64,000 nt of DNA. It comes from Candidatus Bathyarchaeota archaeon. Its GTDB lineage: Archaea > Thermoproteota > Bathyarchaeia > Bathyarchaeales > Bathycorpusculaceae. Under the pieces are notes generated by a model. That model saw nothing but the letters and a program-made list of their open reading frames with translations, did not search any database and was not told the origin of the DNA. The stretch spans positions 416,001 through 480,000 of the forward strand of contig CAWHVC010000003.1 of the NCBI GenBank assembly GCA_963832745.1. Direction: 5' to 3'. Position numbers and translations under genes: made by a program. Below are positions 9,978-18,663 of the stretch, piece after piece. Numbering within the stretch: position 1 is the first letter of the stretch; every line of letters begins with the position of its first letter.

Positions 9978-10240
9978 TTAGCAAGTTTTGAGTTTTACTG
10001 CAAAGTCTTGTCCTTTTTGCGTCAACCTAAACACCCTAACTTGACTTTTCCCATTGTTGAGCATTTTTTCTTCGAAGATTTCGGCATCCCTTAAGAATTC
10101 CAGTTTTTTAGTTCTTGATTGGACGGTTGGTCTGCAATTAATTGTTTATCTTCATTGTTAAAGGCGTCTATAACGTATTTTTCAAGAGTGACGGCTTTTT
10201 CTGTTATGTAGGTTGTTAAATATTCGTCTAACCCTGACAT
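9978..10240 (-). pseudogene. paralog of the 9607-9918 winged-helix-like protein, with a 1-nt deletion at ~10103
   Basis: Manual translation MSGLDEYLTTYITEKAVTLEKYVIDAFNNEDKQLIADQPSNQELK / LEFLRDAEIFEEKMLNNGKSQVRVFRLTQKGQDFAVKLKTC*; not in the ORF track. Confidence 0.7.
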
Positions 10241-10273
10241 TAAGAACCCTTATCAAGAATCACGCATGTAGGA

Positions 10274-10301
10274 ATATAAATGTGATTATGAATTGTTCAT
10301 A
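10274..10301 (-). promoter_or_regulatory. TATA box (TTTATAT) with upstream palindrome TATGAA-N3-TTCATA
   Basis: TATGAATTGTTCATA at 10287-10301; same spacing to the TATA box as the hppA promoter. Confidence 0.55.
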
Positions 10302-10417
10302 AAAAAGGTAAAAATATGAACATTATTTCATAAATAGAGACTAAACTCTGGACAATTAAAAAAACAAAAGAGGGCTGTTTTTAGGCAGCCACTTGCTTAA
10401 ACGCATTTACACCCAGT

Positions 10418-12508
10418 TTAAAGGAAGAACTGGATGATGATAGGCAAGAACACAAGCGTTGTCACGGACATTAACTTGATAAAGATGTTCTGTCCTGGCC
10501 CAGCTGCATCTTTCATTGGGTCGCCAACTGTGTCGCCTATAACTGCTGCTGCATGCGCTGGGCTGCCTTTGCCGCCGAATTGTCCACTTTCAACGTATTT
10601 CTTTGCATTGTCCCAAGTGTTCCCTACGTTTCCCATGAAGAGACCAAGTAGCAAGCCTGTGATGATAGCGCCAGCCACCATACCAATCATAGCTGAGGGA
10701 CCCAAAGTTATACCCACGATGATTGGTGCTAAGATTGCTACCGCGCCTGGGATGATGAGTTGCTTAAGTGCGTTGTCTGCAGTAATTTTGACGCATTGAG
10801 CATAATCGGGTTTAGCTGTTCCTTCCATTATGCCGGGGATTTGGCGGAATTGTCTGCGGATTTCTTTTACCATTCTGTCTGCACCGTTGCTTACACCTAA
10901 GACCACAACTGCAGTGAAGAAGGGCGGCATTGCTGCGCCAATTAGGATACCTGCAAATGTTCTTGCGTTAAGCAAACTCAGTATGGCGTCAGTTCCGCCT
11001 GCGATTGTGGCTGCGTATGCTGTGAAAGCTGGCAATTGCGTGATGGTTACAAAGAATGCGATTGCCGTTAGTGCTGCTGAACCGTCTGCGAAGCCTTTGC
11101 AAATTGATTTCATTGTGTTTCCGACTGAGTCAAGTTTGTCTGTGATGTCTCTTACTTTGGGGTCAAGTTTTGCTTGTTCTGCTATGCCTGCCGCGTTGTC
11201 AGTAATTGGTCCGTAAGCGTCTGCAGCTACTACGATGCCGATAATTGAAAGCATACCGACGGCTGAAATTGCTACGCCGTAGACTCCGCCCAGTAGGAAA
11301 GATGTCATTTCGGCTATGGCGATGAATATTATGGGAATAACTACGCTGTAGTGACCCATTGAGAAACCTTTTAGGATGGTCAATGCTGGCCCTTGTTCTG
11401 ATGCTGCTGCAGTGATTTTTGTTGGTCTGAAACTGCCGGAAGTGAAGTAGTTCGATGTTTGACCGATGATTACACCCGCGACTAAGCCGCTTATTAGTGA
11501 AATGAACACACCAGATGATAGAGTTTCATACCAGCCCAAACCAAGAACACCCATTAGCACAAAGAAAATTGCTGATGCAGTGACGATTGTGGCTATTATG
11601 GAAGCGCGGGTTAACGCTTTTTCTGGTGAACCTCTAACTGTGAATGTCGTAAATATTGATGAAATGATGCCGACGCCCGCGATGACTAAAGGAAGCAAAA
11701 CCCACGCCATGTTTGGAATGCCTGGTGAAATTTGAAATTCTGGAAGTACCGCGCCAAGAATCATTGTTGCAATGATTGAACCCACATAGGATTCGAACAA
11801 GTCAGCACCCATGCCTGCAACGTCACCTACGTTGTCGCCGACGTTGTCTGCAATTACACCGGGGTTTCTTGCGTCATCTTCTGGAATGTGCTCTTCGACT
11901 TTGCCTACAAGGTCTGCGCCTATGTCTGCTGCTTTAGTGAACATGCCGCCTCCGACACGCGCAAATAATGCAACAGTGCTTGCTCCGAAACTAAAGCCTA
12001 TAACTTCATTTACAACTGTGGGGGCAGTAGCAGCATCCAAACCGCCAAATAATGCAAAAACGCCCAAAACACCTAAAAGACCAATACCGACAATGCCAAA
12101 ACTTAGAACACTTCCGCCTTTAAAGGCGATGTCTAAAGCTTTTGATAAACCCTGAGTTCTTGCCGCGTTTGCGGTTCTTGAGTTAGACCGCACTGCAATG
12201 TTTAAGCCGATAAAACCGGTTGCGGCTGAACAGACTGCGCCAATAACATAAGATATTGCCATCAGGGGAGTTACAAATATGGCTATGCCGGCTGTGAGGA
12301 CGGCTACGATTATGGCAATAACGGAGTATTGTCGTTTTAGGTAAGCGGAGGCACCTTCTCTGATGTATGCAGAGATTTCTTTCATTTTATCGGTGCCTTC
12401 GTCCTGTTTTAGAATTTTCCATGAAGTGAATAATACGAATAATATGGAGAGTATTCCTGCGAGTGTTATAAACAGCGATAGCTCAAAGACGCCTATCATT
12501 TTTTCCAC
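10418..12508 (-). CDS. hppA: membrane-bound pyrophosphatase, probably K+-independent H+-PPase
   Basis: GGGMFTKAADIGADLVGKVE, DNVGDNVGD and GDTVGDPMKD; the GNTMKS Lys marks the K+-independent type. Confidence 0.95.
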   Translation of the reverse strand: MEKMIGVFELSLFITLAGILSILFVLFTSWKILKQDEGTDKMKEISAYIREGASAYLKRQYSVIAIIVAVLTAGIAIFVTPLMAISYVIGAVCSAATGFIGLNIAVRSNSRTANAARTQGLSKALDIAFKGGSVLSFGIVGIGLLGVLGVFALFGGLDAATAPTVVNEVIGFSFGASTVALFARVGGGMFTKAADIGADLVGKVEEHIPEDDARNPGVIADNVGDNVGDVAGMGADLFESYVGSIIATMILGAVLPEFQISPGIPNMAWVLLPLVIAGVGIISSIFTTFTVRGSPEKALTRASIIATIVTASAIFFVLMGVLGLGWYETLSSGVFISLISGLVAGVIIGQTSNYFTSGSFRPTKITAAASEQGPALTILKGFSMGHYSVVIPIIFIAIAEMTSFLLGGVYGVAISAVGMLSIIGIVVAADAYGPITDNAAGIAEQAKLDPKVRDITDKLDSVGNTMKSICKGFADGSAALTAIAFFVTITQLPAFTAYAATIAGGTDAILSLLNARTFAGILIGAAMPPFFTAVVVLGVSNGADRMVKEIRRQFRQIPGIMEGTAKPDYAQCVKITADNALKQLIIPGAVAILAPIIVGITLGPSAMIGMVAGAIITGLLLGLFMGNVGNTWDNAKKYVESGQFGGKGSPAHAAAVIGDTVGDPMKDAAGPGQNIFIKLMSVTTLVFLPIIIQFFL

Positions 12509-12550
12509 CTTTTGCGTGTAAATGTTTCTGCATAGTGTCCGTTCACTCCC

Positions 12551-12578
12551 ATATAAACCTATTTAATGATTGTTCATA
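12551..12578 (-). promoter_or_regulatory. hppA promoter: TATGAACAAT motif plus TATA box
   Basis: Minus strand reads TATGAACAATCATTAAATAGGTTTATAT. Confidence 0.55.
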
Positions 12579-12819
12579 GTTTTATTTAAAAAACAAAAAG
12601 TTTTTAATATAAACTCGTTTTTTCTGAAAAAATGTCATGGTACAGACCATTTTTGGGAACAAAACACAAATCACAAGTAGGCTTTTTATTTTTTAAAAAA
12701 ACATGTAAAAATGAACATTTGTTTTATTTATTTCATAAATCAAAAGTTTTTTCGCATGTTTGCTATTGCATAGTATTAAATACTAAACAAACGCAAAGAA
12801 GCTTTTTAGAGAAGGAGAA

Positions 12820-14439
12820 ATGGACAAAGTGAGTGAAAGAGTACATAAAAACGGTTCATACCTAAATGGAAAATCAACCGCAGGAACACACACCAGAGTA
12901 AAGGACACAAGCACAATCAGCGGCATGTGCCCAATCTGCATCCGCGACTGCCCAATCCTTTGCGAAATCAGCCTTTCAGCCTTCCGTGGAAGAGAAGCAC
13001 TCTACCCCGAACCAGCCCAATTCGGAACCAGCACTGCCGGTGCCTTGAAAAACTTTGGCCTTGACTGGTCACATTTCAGCATTCAAGCTGGACTCTTCGA
13101 TGCACAAGGAATAACTGAAACATCAGAAGAAGCCATATTCCCCAATGCCAACACAAAAGTAACCGTAGGCGGAATGCCCCTAAAACTCCCCATTTTAACA
13201 GGCGCGTTTGGTTCAACCGAAGTGGCAAGGGCAAACTGGGACGCGCTCGCCATCGGCGCTGCACTTTCCGGCGTCTCAGTTACAATTGGCGAAAACATTG
13301 CAGGCATGGATGTCCAGTCAGAACTAACGGATGGAAAAATTACCCATTCACCCGAACTTAAACGCAGAGTTGAATCTTTCCGCAAGTTTTGGGACGGAAA
13401 ATATGGCGACGTTATCATCCAAACAAACGTGGAAGACAAACGTTTAGGAATCGACGCATATGCCCTGTCCAAACTTGAAGCAAACATTATCGAACGTAAA
13501 TGGGGACAGGGTGCCAAAGCCATCGGCGGCGAAGTGCGTCTTAAAAATATTGAAAAAGCCATTTTACTAAAGAAAAGAGGCTACATTGTAATTCCAGACC
13601 CTGAAGACCCCGTGATTCAACAAGCATTCAAAGACGGCGTTTTTAACACGTTTGAACGCCACAGTCGAGTAGGCATACCTAAAGAACAAAGTTTCCTTGA
13701 AGACATAGACTGGCTACGCCATCAAGGAGCAAAAAAAGTCTTTCTAAAAACCGGCGCATATCGCCCCTCAGCTGTTGCTTACACTATGAAGTTTGCTTCA
13801 GAAGCAAAAATTGACGCGTTAAGCTTTGATGGTGCAGGTGGCGGAACAGGAATGAGTCCAGTTCCCATGATGGATGAAATGAGCATACCCACCATTTACC
13901 TGCAAGCACTCGTGTTGCAATGTGCACAGATTCTAAAGGCCAAAGGCAAATATGTTCCAGACTTGGTTATGGCAGGCGGTTTTATCGAGGAAACAAGCAT
14001 CTTCAAAACTATAGCGTTAAGCAATTTTGGTGAAGGCCCCTTGGTTAAGGCAGTTTTGATGGGTCGTTCACCAATAACAGCAGCCATGAAAGCAAGCTAC
14101 TTCAAACAACTATCGGCAGAAGGCAAACTGCCTAAAAGCTTCGAAGATAAATTTGGAGCTACACCAGACAAATTCTTCATAGCCACACCCGAGTTAAAGG
14201 CGAAGTACAGCAACCGTTTCGGCAAGATTCCGCTTGAAAGCATCGGAGTCTACACTTACCTAACAGACCGCGTCGGCGTTGGGTTAAAACAGTTGATGGC
14301 TGGCAACCGCAAATGGAACCTCAGCTTAATCAACCGCAGTGACTTGATGAGCCTAAGCACGCTAGCAACACAGGTTACAGGCATCCCGTTGGCACATGAA
14401 GTAGAAAATGATGCAGTCAAGAAAATCCTTGACTACTAA
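12820..14439 (+). CDS. FMN-binding glutamate synthase family protein (stand-alone GltB FMN-domain-like)
   Basis: N-terminal MCPICIRDCPILCE; ERKWGQGAKAIGGEV, LKTGAYRP, DGAGGGTGMSP and MAGGF motifs. Confidence 0.88.
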   Translation: MDKVSERVHKNGSYLNGKSTAGTHTRVKDTSTISGMCPICIRDCPILCEISLSAFRGREALYPEPAQFGTSTAGALKNFGLDWSHFSIQAGLFDAQGITETSEEAIFPNANTKVTVGGMPLKLPILTGAFGSTEVARANWDALAIGAALSGVSVTIGENIAGMDVQSELTDGKITHSPELKRRVESFRKFWDGKYGDVIIQTNVEDKRLGIDAYALSKLEANIIERKWGQGAKAIGGEVRLKNIEKAILLKKRGYIVIPDPEDPVIQQAFKDGVFNTFERHSRVGIPKEQSFLEDIDWLRHQGAKKVFLKTGAYRPSAVAYTMKFASEAKIDALSFDGAGGGTGMSPVPMMDEMSIPTIYLQALVLQCAQILKAKGKYVPDLVMAGGFIEETSIFKTIALSNFGEGPLVKAVLMGRSPITAAMKASYFKQLSAEGKLPKSFEDKFGATPDKFFIATPELKAKYSNRFGKIPLESIGVYTYLTDRVGVGLKQLMAGNRKWNLSLINRSDLMSLSTLATQVTGIPLAHEVENDAVKKILDY

Positions 14440-14501
14440 ACCCTCATCTTTTCATTTTTTTGTTTTTAGGCTATTTGGATCCTATTAGAAACTATATGGT
14501 A

Positions 14502-14522
14502 GAAACCTATAGAGGGTAGGCC
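14502..14522 (+). repeat. degenerate copy of a G-rich dispersed intergenic repeat
   Basis: GAAACCTATAGAGGGTAGGCC versus GAAACCTAAGAGGGGTAGGTCC (reverse complement near 47715-47736). Confidence 0.5.
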
Positions 14523-14526
14523 AGAG

Positions 14527-15021
14527 TTAGCTTTTTTTGGGCAAATCTAATCCGTCGCACCTGATTTGGATTTTTGGAATCAAAGAATAGCCGAAGTAAG
14601 TCTGCGGCAGTAACATGGTTTCTATGCGGTCAATCCCCTCACATTTTCTGATTTCGCCAATAATCAAAGCTATCTGCTCTAAGTCTCTAATCCTTGCCCA
14701 AACAAAAAAATCAAATTCACCCATCAATTCATTAACCAAGCACACATCCAGCACAGCCTGAAGTTTTTGGAAGAGCACCTTTTTATCTGCGCCCCTCAAA
14801 CAAGTTAACATCAGAAAAGCGGTGCCTTGCTCCCCAAGCTTGCGGCCGTCAACAAGAATAGTGATTTTATGTATGATTCCCTCATTTTTCATTCTTTCAA
14901 ATCTTTTTCTCACAGTTTCTCTTGAAACACCTATTCTTTGGCTGATTTCCGAGAAGGGCATTTGTGCATCTTTAATTAATTCAGTTAAAATTTGAGTATC
15001 GATAGCATCCATGTCCATCAA
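14527..15021 (-). CDS. Lrp/AsnC family transcriptional regulator
   Basis: MDAIDTQILTELIKDAQMPFSEISQRIGVSRETVRKRFERM HTH plus RAM domain (GEFDF). Confidence 0.92.
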   Translation of the reverse strand: MMDMDAIDTQILTELIKDAQMPFSEISQRIGVSRETVRKRFERMKNEGIIHKITILVDGRKLGEQGTAFLMLTCLRGADKKVLFQKLQAVLDVCLVNELMGEFDFFVWARIRDLEQIALIIGEIRKCEGIDRIETMLLPQTYFGYSLIPKIQIRCDGLDLPKKS

Positions 15022-15497
15022 TTTTCAGTCACCCTTAAGTCTCTTTCAAAGCTTCTATGACGACTGCCTGTCCAAATATTCACGTTAACGCTATTTACGC
15101 CTTGAATGTTCCGAATTTTAGAAATAGTTTCGTTTAACTCGTTTATGTCATGAGTCATAATGAATATGCATAAATTATATCTTCCAATGCTCTCAGCACA
15201 AATCACTACATGTTCTATCTGCCTAATTTTGGTTTTTACTTCGCTTACTAAAGTATTGCATACGTCAACAAGCACAGTAACCTCATAGGGGTCGCCAAAC
15301 ATTTCTTTATTTAGAAGCAGAGAGGTACCGATGATTACACCATTTATTTTCAGTTTTTTTATTCTTCTCAGAACCGCTACAGGAGTTATTCCACATTTTT
15401 CAGCAATGCTTTTCTGATTTTCTCTAGCGTCGGCTAAGAGAATTTTTAAAATTTCGATATCTACTTTATCGATTTTAGCGCCCGTACTAATCCCCAA
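15018..15497 (-). CDS. Lrp/AsnC family transcriptional regulator
   Basis: IDKVDIEILKILLADARENQKSIAEKCGITPVAVLRRIKKL HTH plus RAM domain (GRYNL). Confidence 0.92.
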   Translation of the reverse strand: MGISTGAKIDKVDIEILKILLADARENQKSIAEKCGITPVAVLRRIKKLKINGVIIGTSLLLNKEMFGDPYEVTVLVDVCNTLVSEVKTKIRQIEHVVICAESIGRYNLCIFIMTHDINELNETISKIRNIQGVNSVNVNIWTGSRHRSFERDLRVTEN

Positions 15498-15597
15498 ACC
15501 CAGCCCGTAACTATTACAAAATCATTTTACTAAAAAAACTTGCCCTAATTTTACAACAGGAGTTACAAAAAATTCAAAAAAGGCCTGTTTAAGTTAA

Positions 15598-15671
15598 TTT
15601 TTGCAACATATTTTTGTTTTGCAAAATATTCAAAAAAACACGTAAAAAATTAACTTTTGCAAAATATTTTG
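15598..15671. promoter_or_regulatory. candidate Lrp-binding boxes in the divergent lrp / beta-propeller intergenic region
   Basis: TTTTGCAAAATATT occurs twice (15617, 15655); TTGCAAAATATTCAA at 15619-15633 resembles the Ss-LrpB box. Confidence 0.5.
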
Positions 15672-15739
15672 ACATATTTTGAAAAGGCTTAAAAGGCAAA
15701 ACAAAGGAACGCTCTCTGAACGGAGGAAAAAAATTAAAA

Positions 15740-18305
15740 ATGCAAATGAAAATAAACAAAAAAAACAGAATGATACTTGCAACTATTGTAACAACGCTAT
15801 TTCTGCTGTCATCAATCGCTGCAATAATACCAGTAAATGCACAACAAATGCAAAACCCAAACACTGCCGGCGGCGCGTTACCCGCAGGAGTAAACCCTGA
15901 TGTTGTAATGGAAGGAAAAGTATTCCTCAGCTTCAGCCCTAACCCAATTGGAGTAAACCAAGAATTACTAGTCAACGTATGGAGCATACCTGCCCCCGGA
16001 GCCAACAGAGCCCACACAGGATACACTGTCACATTCACAAAACCAGACGGAACAAAAGACGTCATCGGACCCTTTAACTCATTTGTAGCAGATGGAACTA
16101 ACTGGTTCACATACACCCCAGACCAAGTTGGTAACTGGACAGTACAATTTACATATCCAGGCGACTACTATCCAGCAGGAAGATACGTCAACGGCGTTCT
16201 TAACAATTCAGCACCACCCGGATCAAGCTTCATGGACCAACGCGATTATCCAGAAACATGGTATAAACCAGCTGAAACCCCAGTACAAACACTTGAAGTA
16301 CAACAAGACCCCGTAATGTCATGGTATTCACCACTACCAACTGATTATTGGACAAGACCAATCTCTCCAGAAAACAGAGAATGGTCAGCAATCGGCGGCA
16401 ACTACCCTTACGCATACTACAACACTATGTGCCGTGATAATGGCCCATTCATCACAGCCCCAAACACATCGCACATAGTCTGGAAACAACAAGAAGCAGT
16501 AGCTGGCATTATAGGCGGTGAAGCAGGAACAATACAGCATATCAGCTCAAGCAGGCACTCCAAGCGTAATTTACCTCGGCAGATGTTACCAAACTCTAAC
16601 AGTACCAGTCAACGGCGTTCCCACAAGCTGTGCAGTATGCTATGATTTGCAAACAGGAAAACAATACTACGCCATACCGGTCGCGCAAGGCGGAGTAACA
16701 CCAACAGCAATATCTTATATTTCACCAACCGCAGTAGCAGGCATCGGAAGCATCGCTTCAGGCAGTTTCACTGTTGAATTAATAACATTAGCTGGTGGAG
16801 CAAGCATGTATGGGCCTCCAGCACCGCTGCGACTATACAAAATAGACCCATATACAGGCGCTGTCACTTTTAACATGTCACTACCTGCATTAGCATCGGG
16901 AACAATTTACAACAACGGCCTTGTACTAAGCACACAGACAATTAACGCATCACGCGGCGAATATAGGCTAATAAACTGGACTACCGCTGGATCTAGCACA
17001 AACTTTGCAACAAGAATATTCAGCAACGTAAGCTGGCCAACCAACATGGCACCTGGTGGACAGGGATTATCAGCCGATTTCAATACTGGAGTAGCGGTTG
17101 GAACAGTAGCAGGCATCTATGGATCAAACTCTAATGGAGCAGCCGTTACTGGAGGAGACTTCGGATTAGCTTCAGGCGCTTACGGAACACGGATAGTTGG
17201 AATCAGCCTAATAACAGGACAAGTACTCTACAACTTTACAACTACAGACACATCATTCCAGCCCGGAGCAAACTCTTACGTAGACGGAAAACTCCTAATG
17301 CCAATGGACATGGGCATTCTTAACTGCTATGATGTACTCACCGGAAAACTTCTTTGGACCTCTCATGATTTTGATTACCCATGGGGAGCATTCGGAGCAT
17401 ATAACGCTGAAGGAGCATACGGCTTATACTATTGGCAAACATACGATGGAGTAGTTGCATTCAACGTAAGCACAGGACAACGACAATGGAAATTCCAGGC
17501 ACCTGCACCAGCATTTGAAACGCCTTACACAATGTCTAACGGTAGTAGTCAATATGCCTTCTTTGGCGCAGCCCAGATAGCTGACGGAAAAATCTATACA
17601 TACAACACCGAACACACCGCAAGCCAACCAATCACTAGAGGTTGGAAACTCTATTGCATTGACGCATATACGGGCGAAGGATTATGGAACATCACAGGTC
17701 CAATGCAACCAGGCGCAATATCAGACGGATACCTAACCGCAGGCAACGCATATGACGGATACATGTACGTCTTTGGCAAAGGTCAATCAGCCACCACAGT
17801 ATCAGCACCTCAAACCCAAATCACCACCGAAACAAACGTCATAATTTCAGGAACCGTCCTAGACCAGTCACCAGGACAACCAGGCACACCATGCGTTTCC
17901 AAAGAATCAATGACGGGAATGATGGAATACATACACATGCAGCATCAAATGCCAGCAGACGTTATAGGCGTACCAGTATCTATTGACGCAGTTGACCCCA
18001 ATGGCAACTCAGTACATTTAGGGGATGCAGTAAGCGATGCAAGCGGCACATTCTCATACGTCTGGACCCCAACAGTGGAAGGCAACTACAAGATAACTGC
18101 AACATTCATGGGCGACGACTCATACGGCAGCAGTTGGGCAGAAACACACGCAACCGTAGTTAATGCCCCAGCAACATCACCTTCACCATCGCAGGTCAAC
18201 TTTGATTCAGTCAACAGCAACATAACAACCACAATCATAGCAGGAGTAGTAGCCATCATCATTACAGTACTACTAGTTGGTTTGCTAATACTGCGAAAGA
18301 AATAA
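15740..18305 (+). CDS. secreted PQQ-binding-like beta-propeller surface protein with C-terminal TM anchor; +1 frameshift at ~16527
   Basis: Signal peptide, repeated CYD/AFN..TGxxxW blades, Ig-like C-terminal domain, TM + RKK. Removing one A in GGAACAATAC fuses ORFs 15740 and 16518 (..GGEAGQYSIS..). Confidence 0.85.
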
Positions 18306-18323
18306 ATCGCAAAAACCAACACC

Positions 18324-18338
18324 ATTTTTTCTTTTTTT
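18324..18338 (+). terminator. oligo-T archaeal terminator candidate
   Basis: TTTTTTTCTTTTTTT just after the 18305 stop. Confidence 0.5.
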
Positions 18339-18424
18339 AAAAAAATCTAAGAAGGCATGTCTGGACTAAATTTTCAAGCCAAAATTATTTTGAAATTCAG
18401 GTGTTCAATTTCCCTATCAAATCA

Positions 18425-18520
18425 TATAAGGGTAGGTCTTTTCAGTAGGGGTAGGCTCTAACTGCGTTTTTTCAACCTCAAAATTGCAAATCACTAAGGG
18501 GGGTAGGTCCGTATTGGCTA
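18425..18520 (+). repeat. three GGGTAGG-core repeats, including a full 27-bp copy at 18494-18520
   Basis: TAAGGGTAGGTC, TAGGGGTAGGCT and CTAAGGGGGGTAGGTCCGTATTGGCTA. Confidence 0.65.
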
Positions 18521-18663
18521 ATTTTTGCGCTATTAACATGTTGAAAAACAGTGGTAATTATGAAAGAACGGTTTGTATACAAAAGCATCAACCAAACACA
18601 GTTTTTCACCATGGCAATTCTTATCTAGCCCCTCAGAATTACCGACAAGTATAGAAGGCACTT

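Noticed and set aside
18425-18520. Three GGGTAGG repeats considered as a mini-CRISPR or ORB cluster
   Set aside because: Cores are too short and irregularly spaced, and they lack the TCCA..GAAA ORB body; kept only as a dispersed repeat
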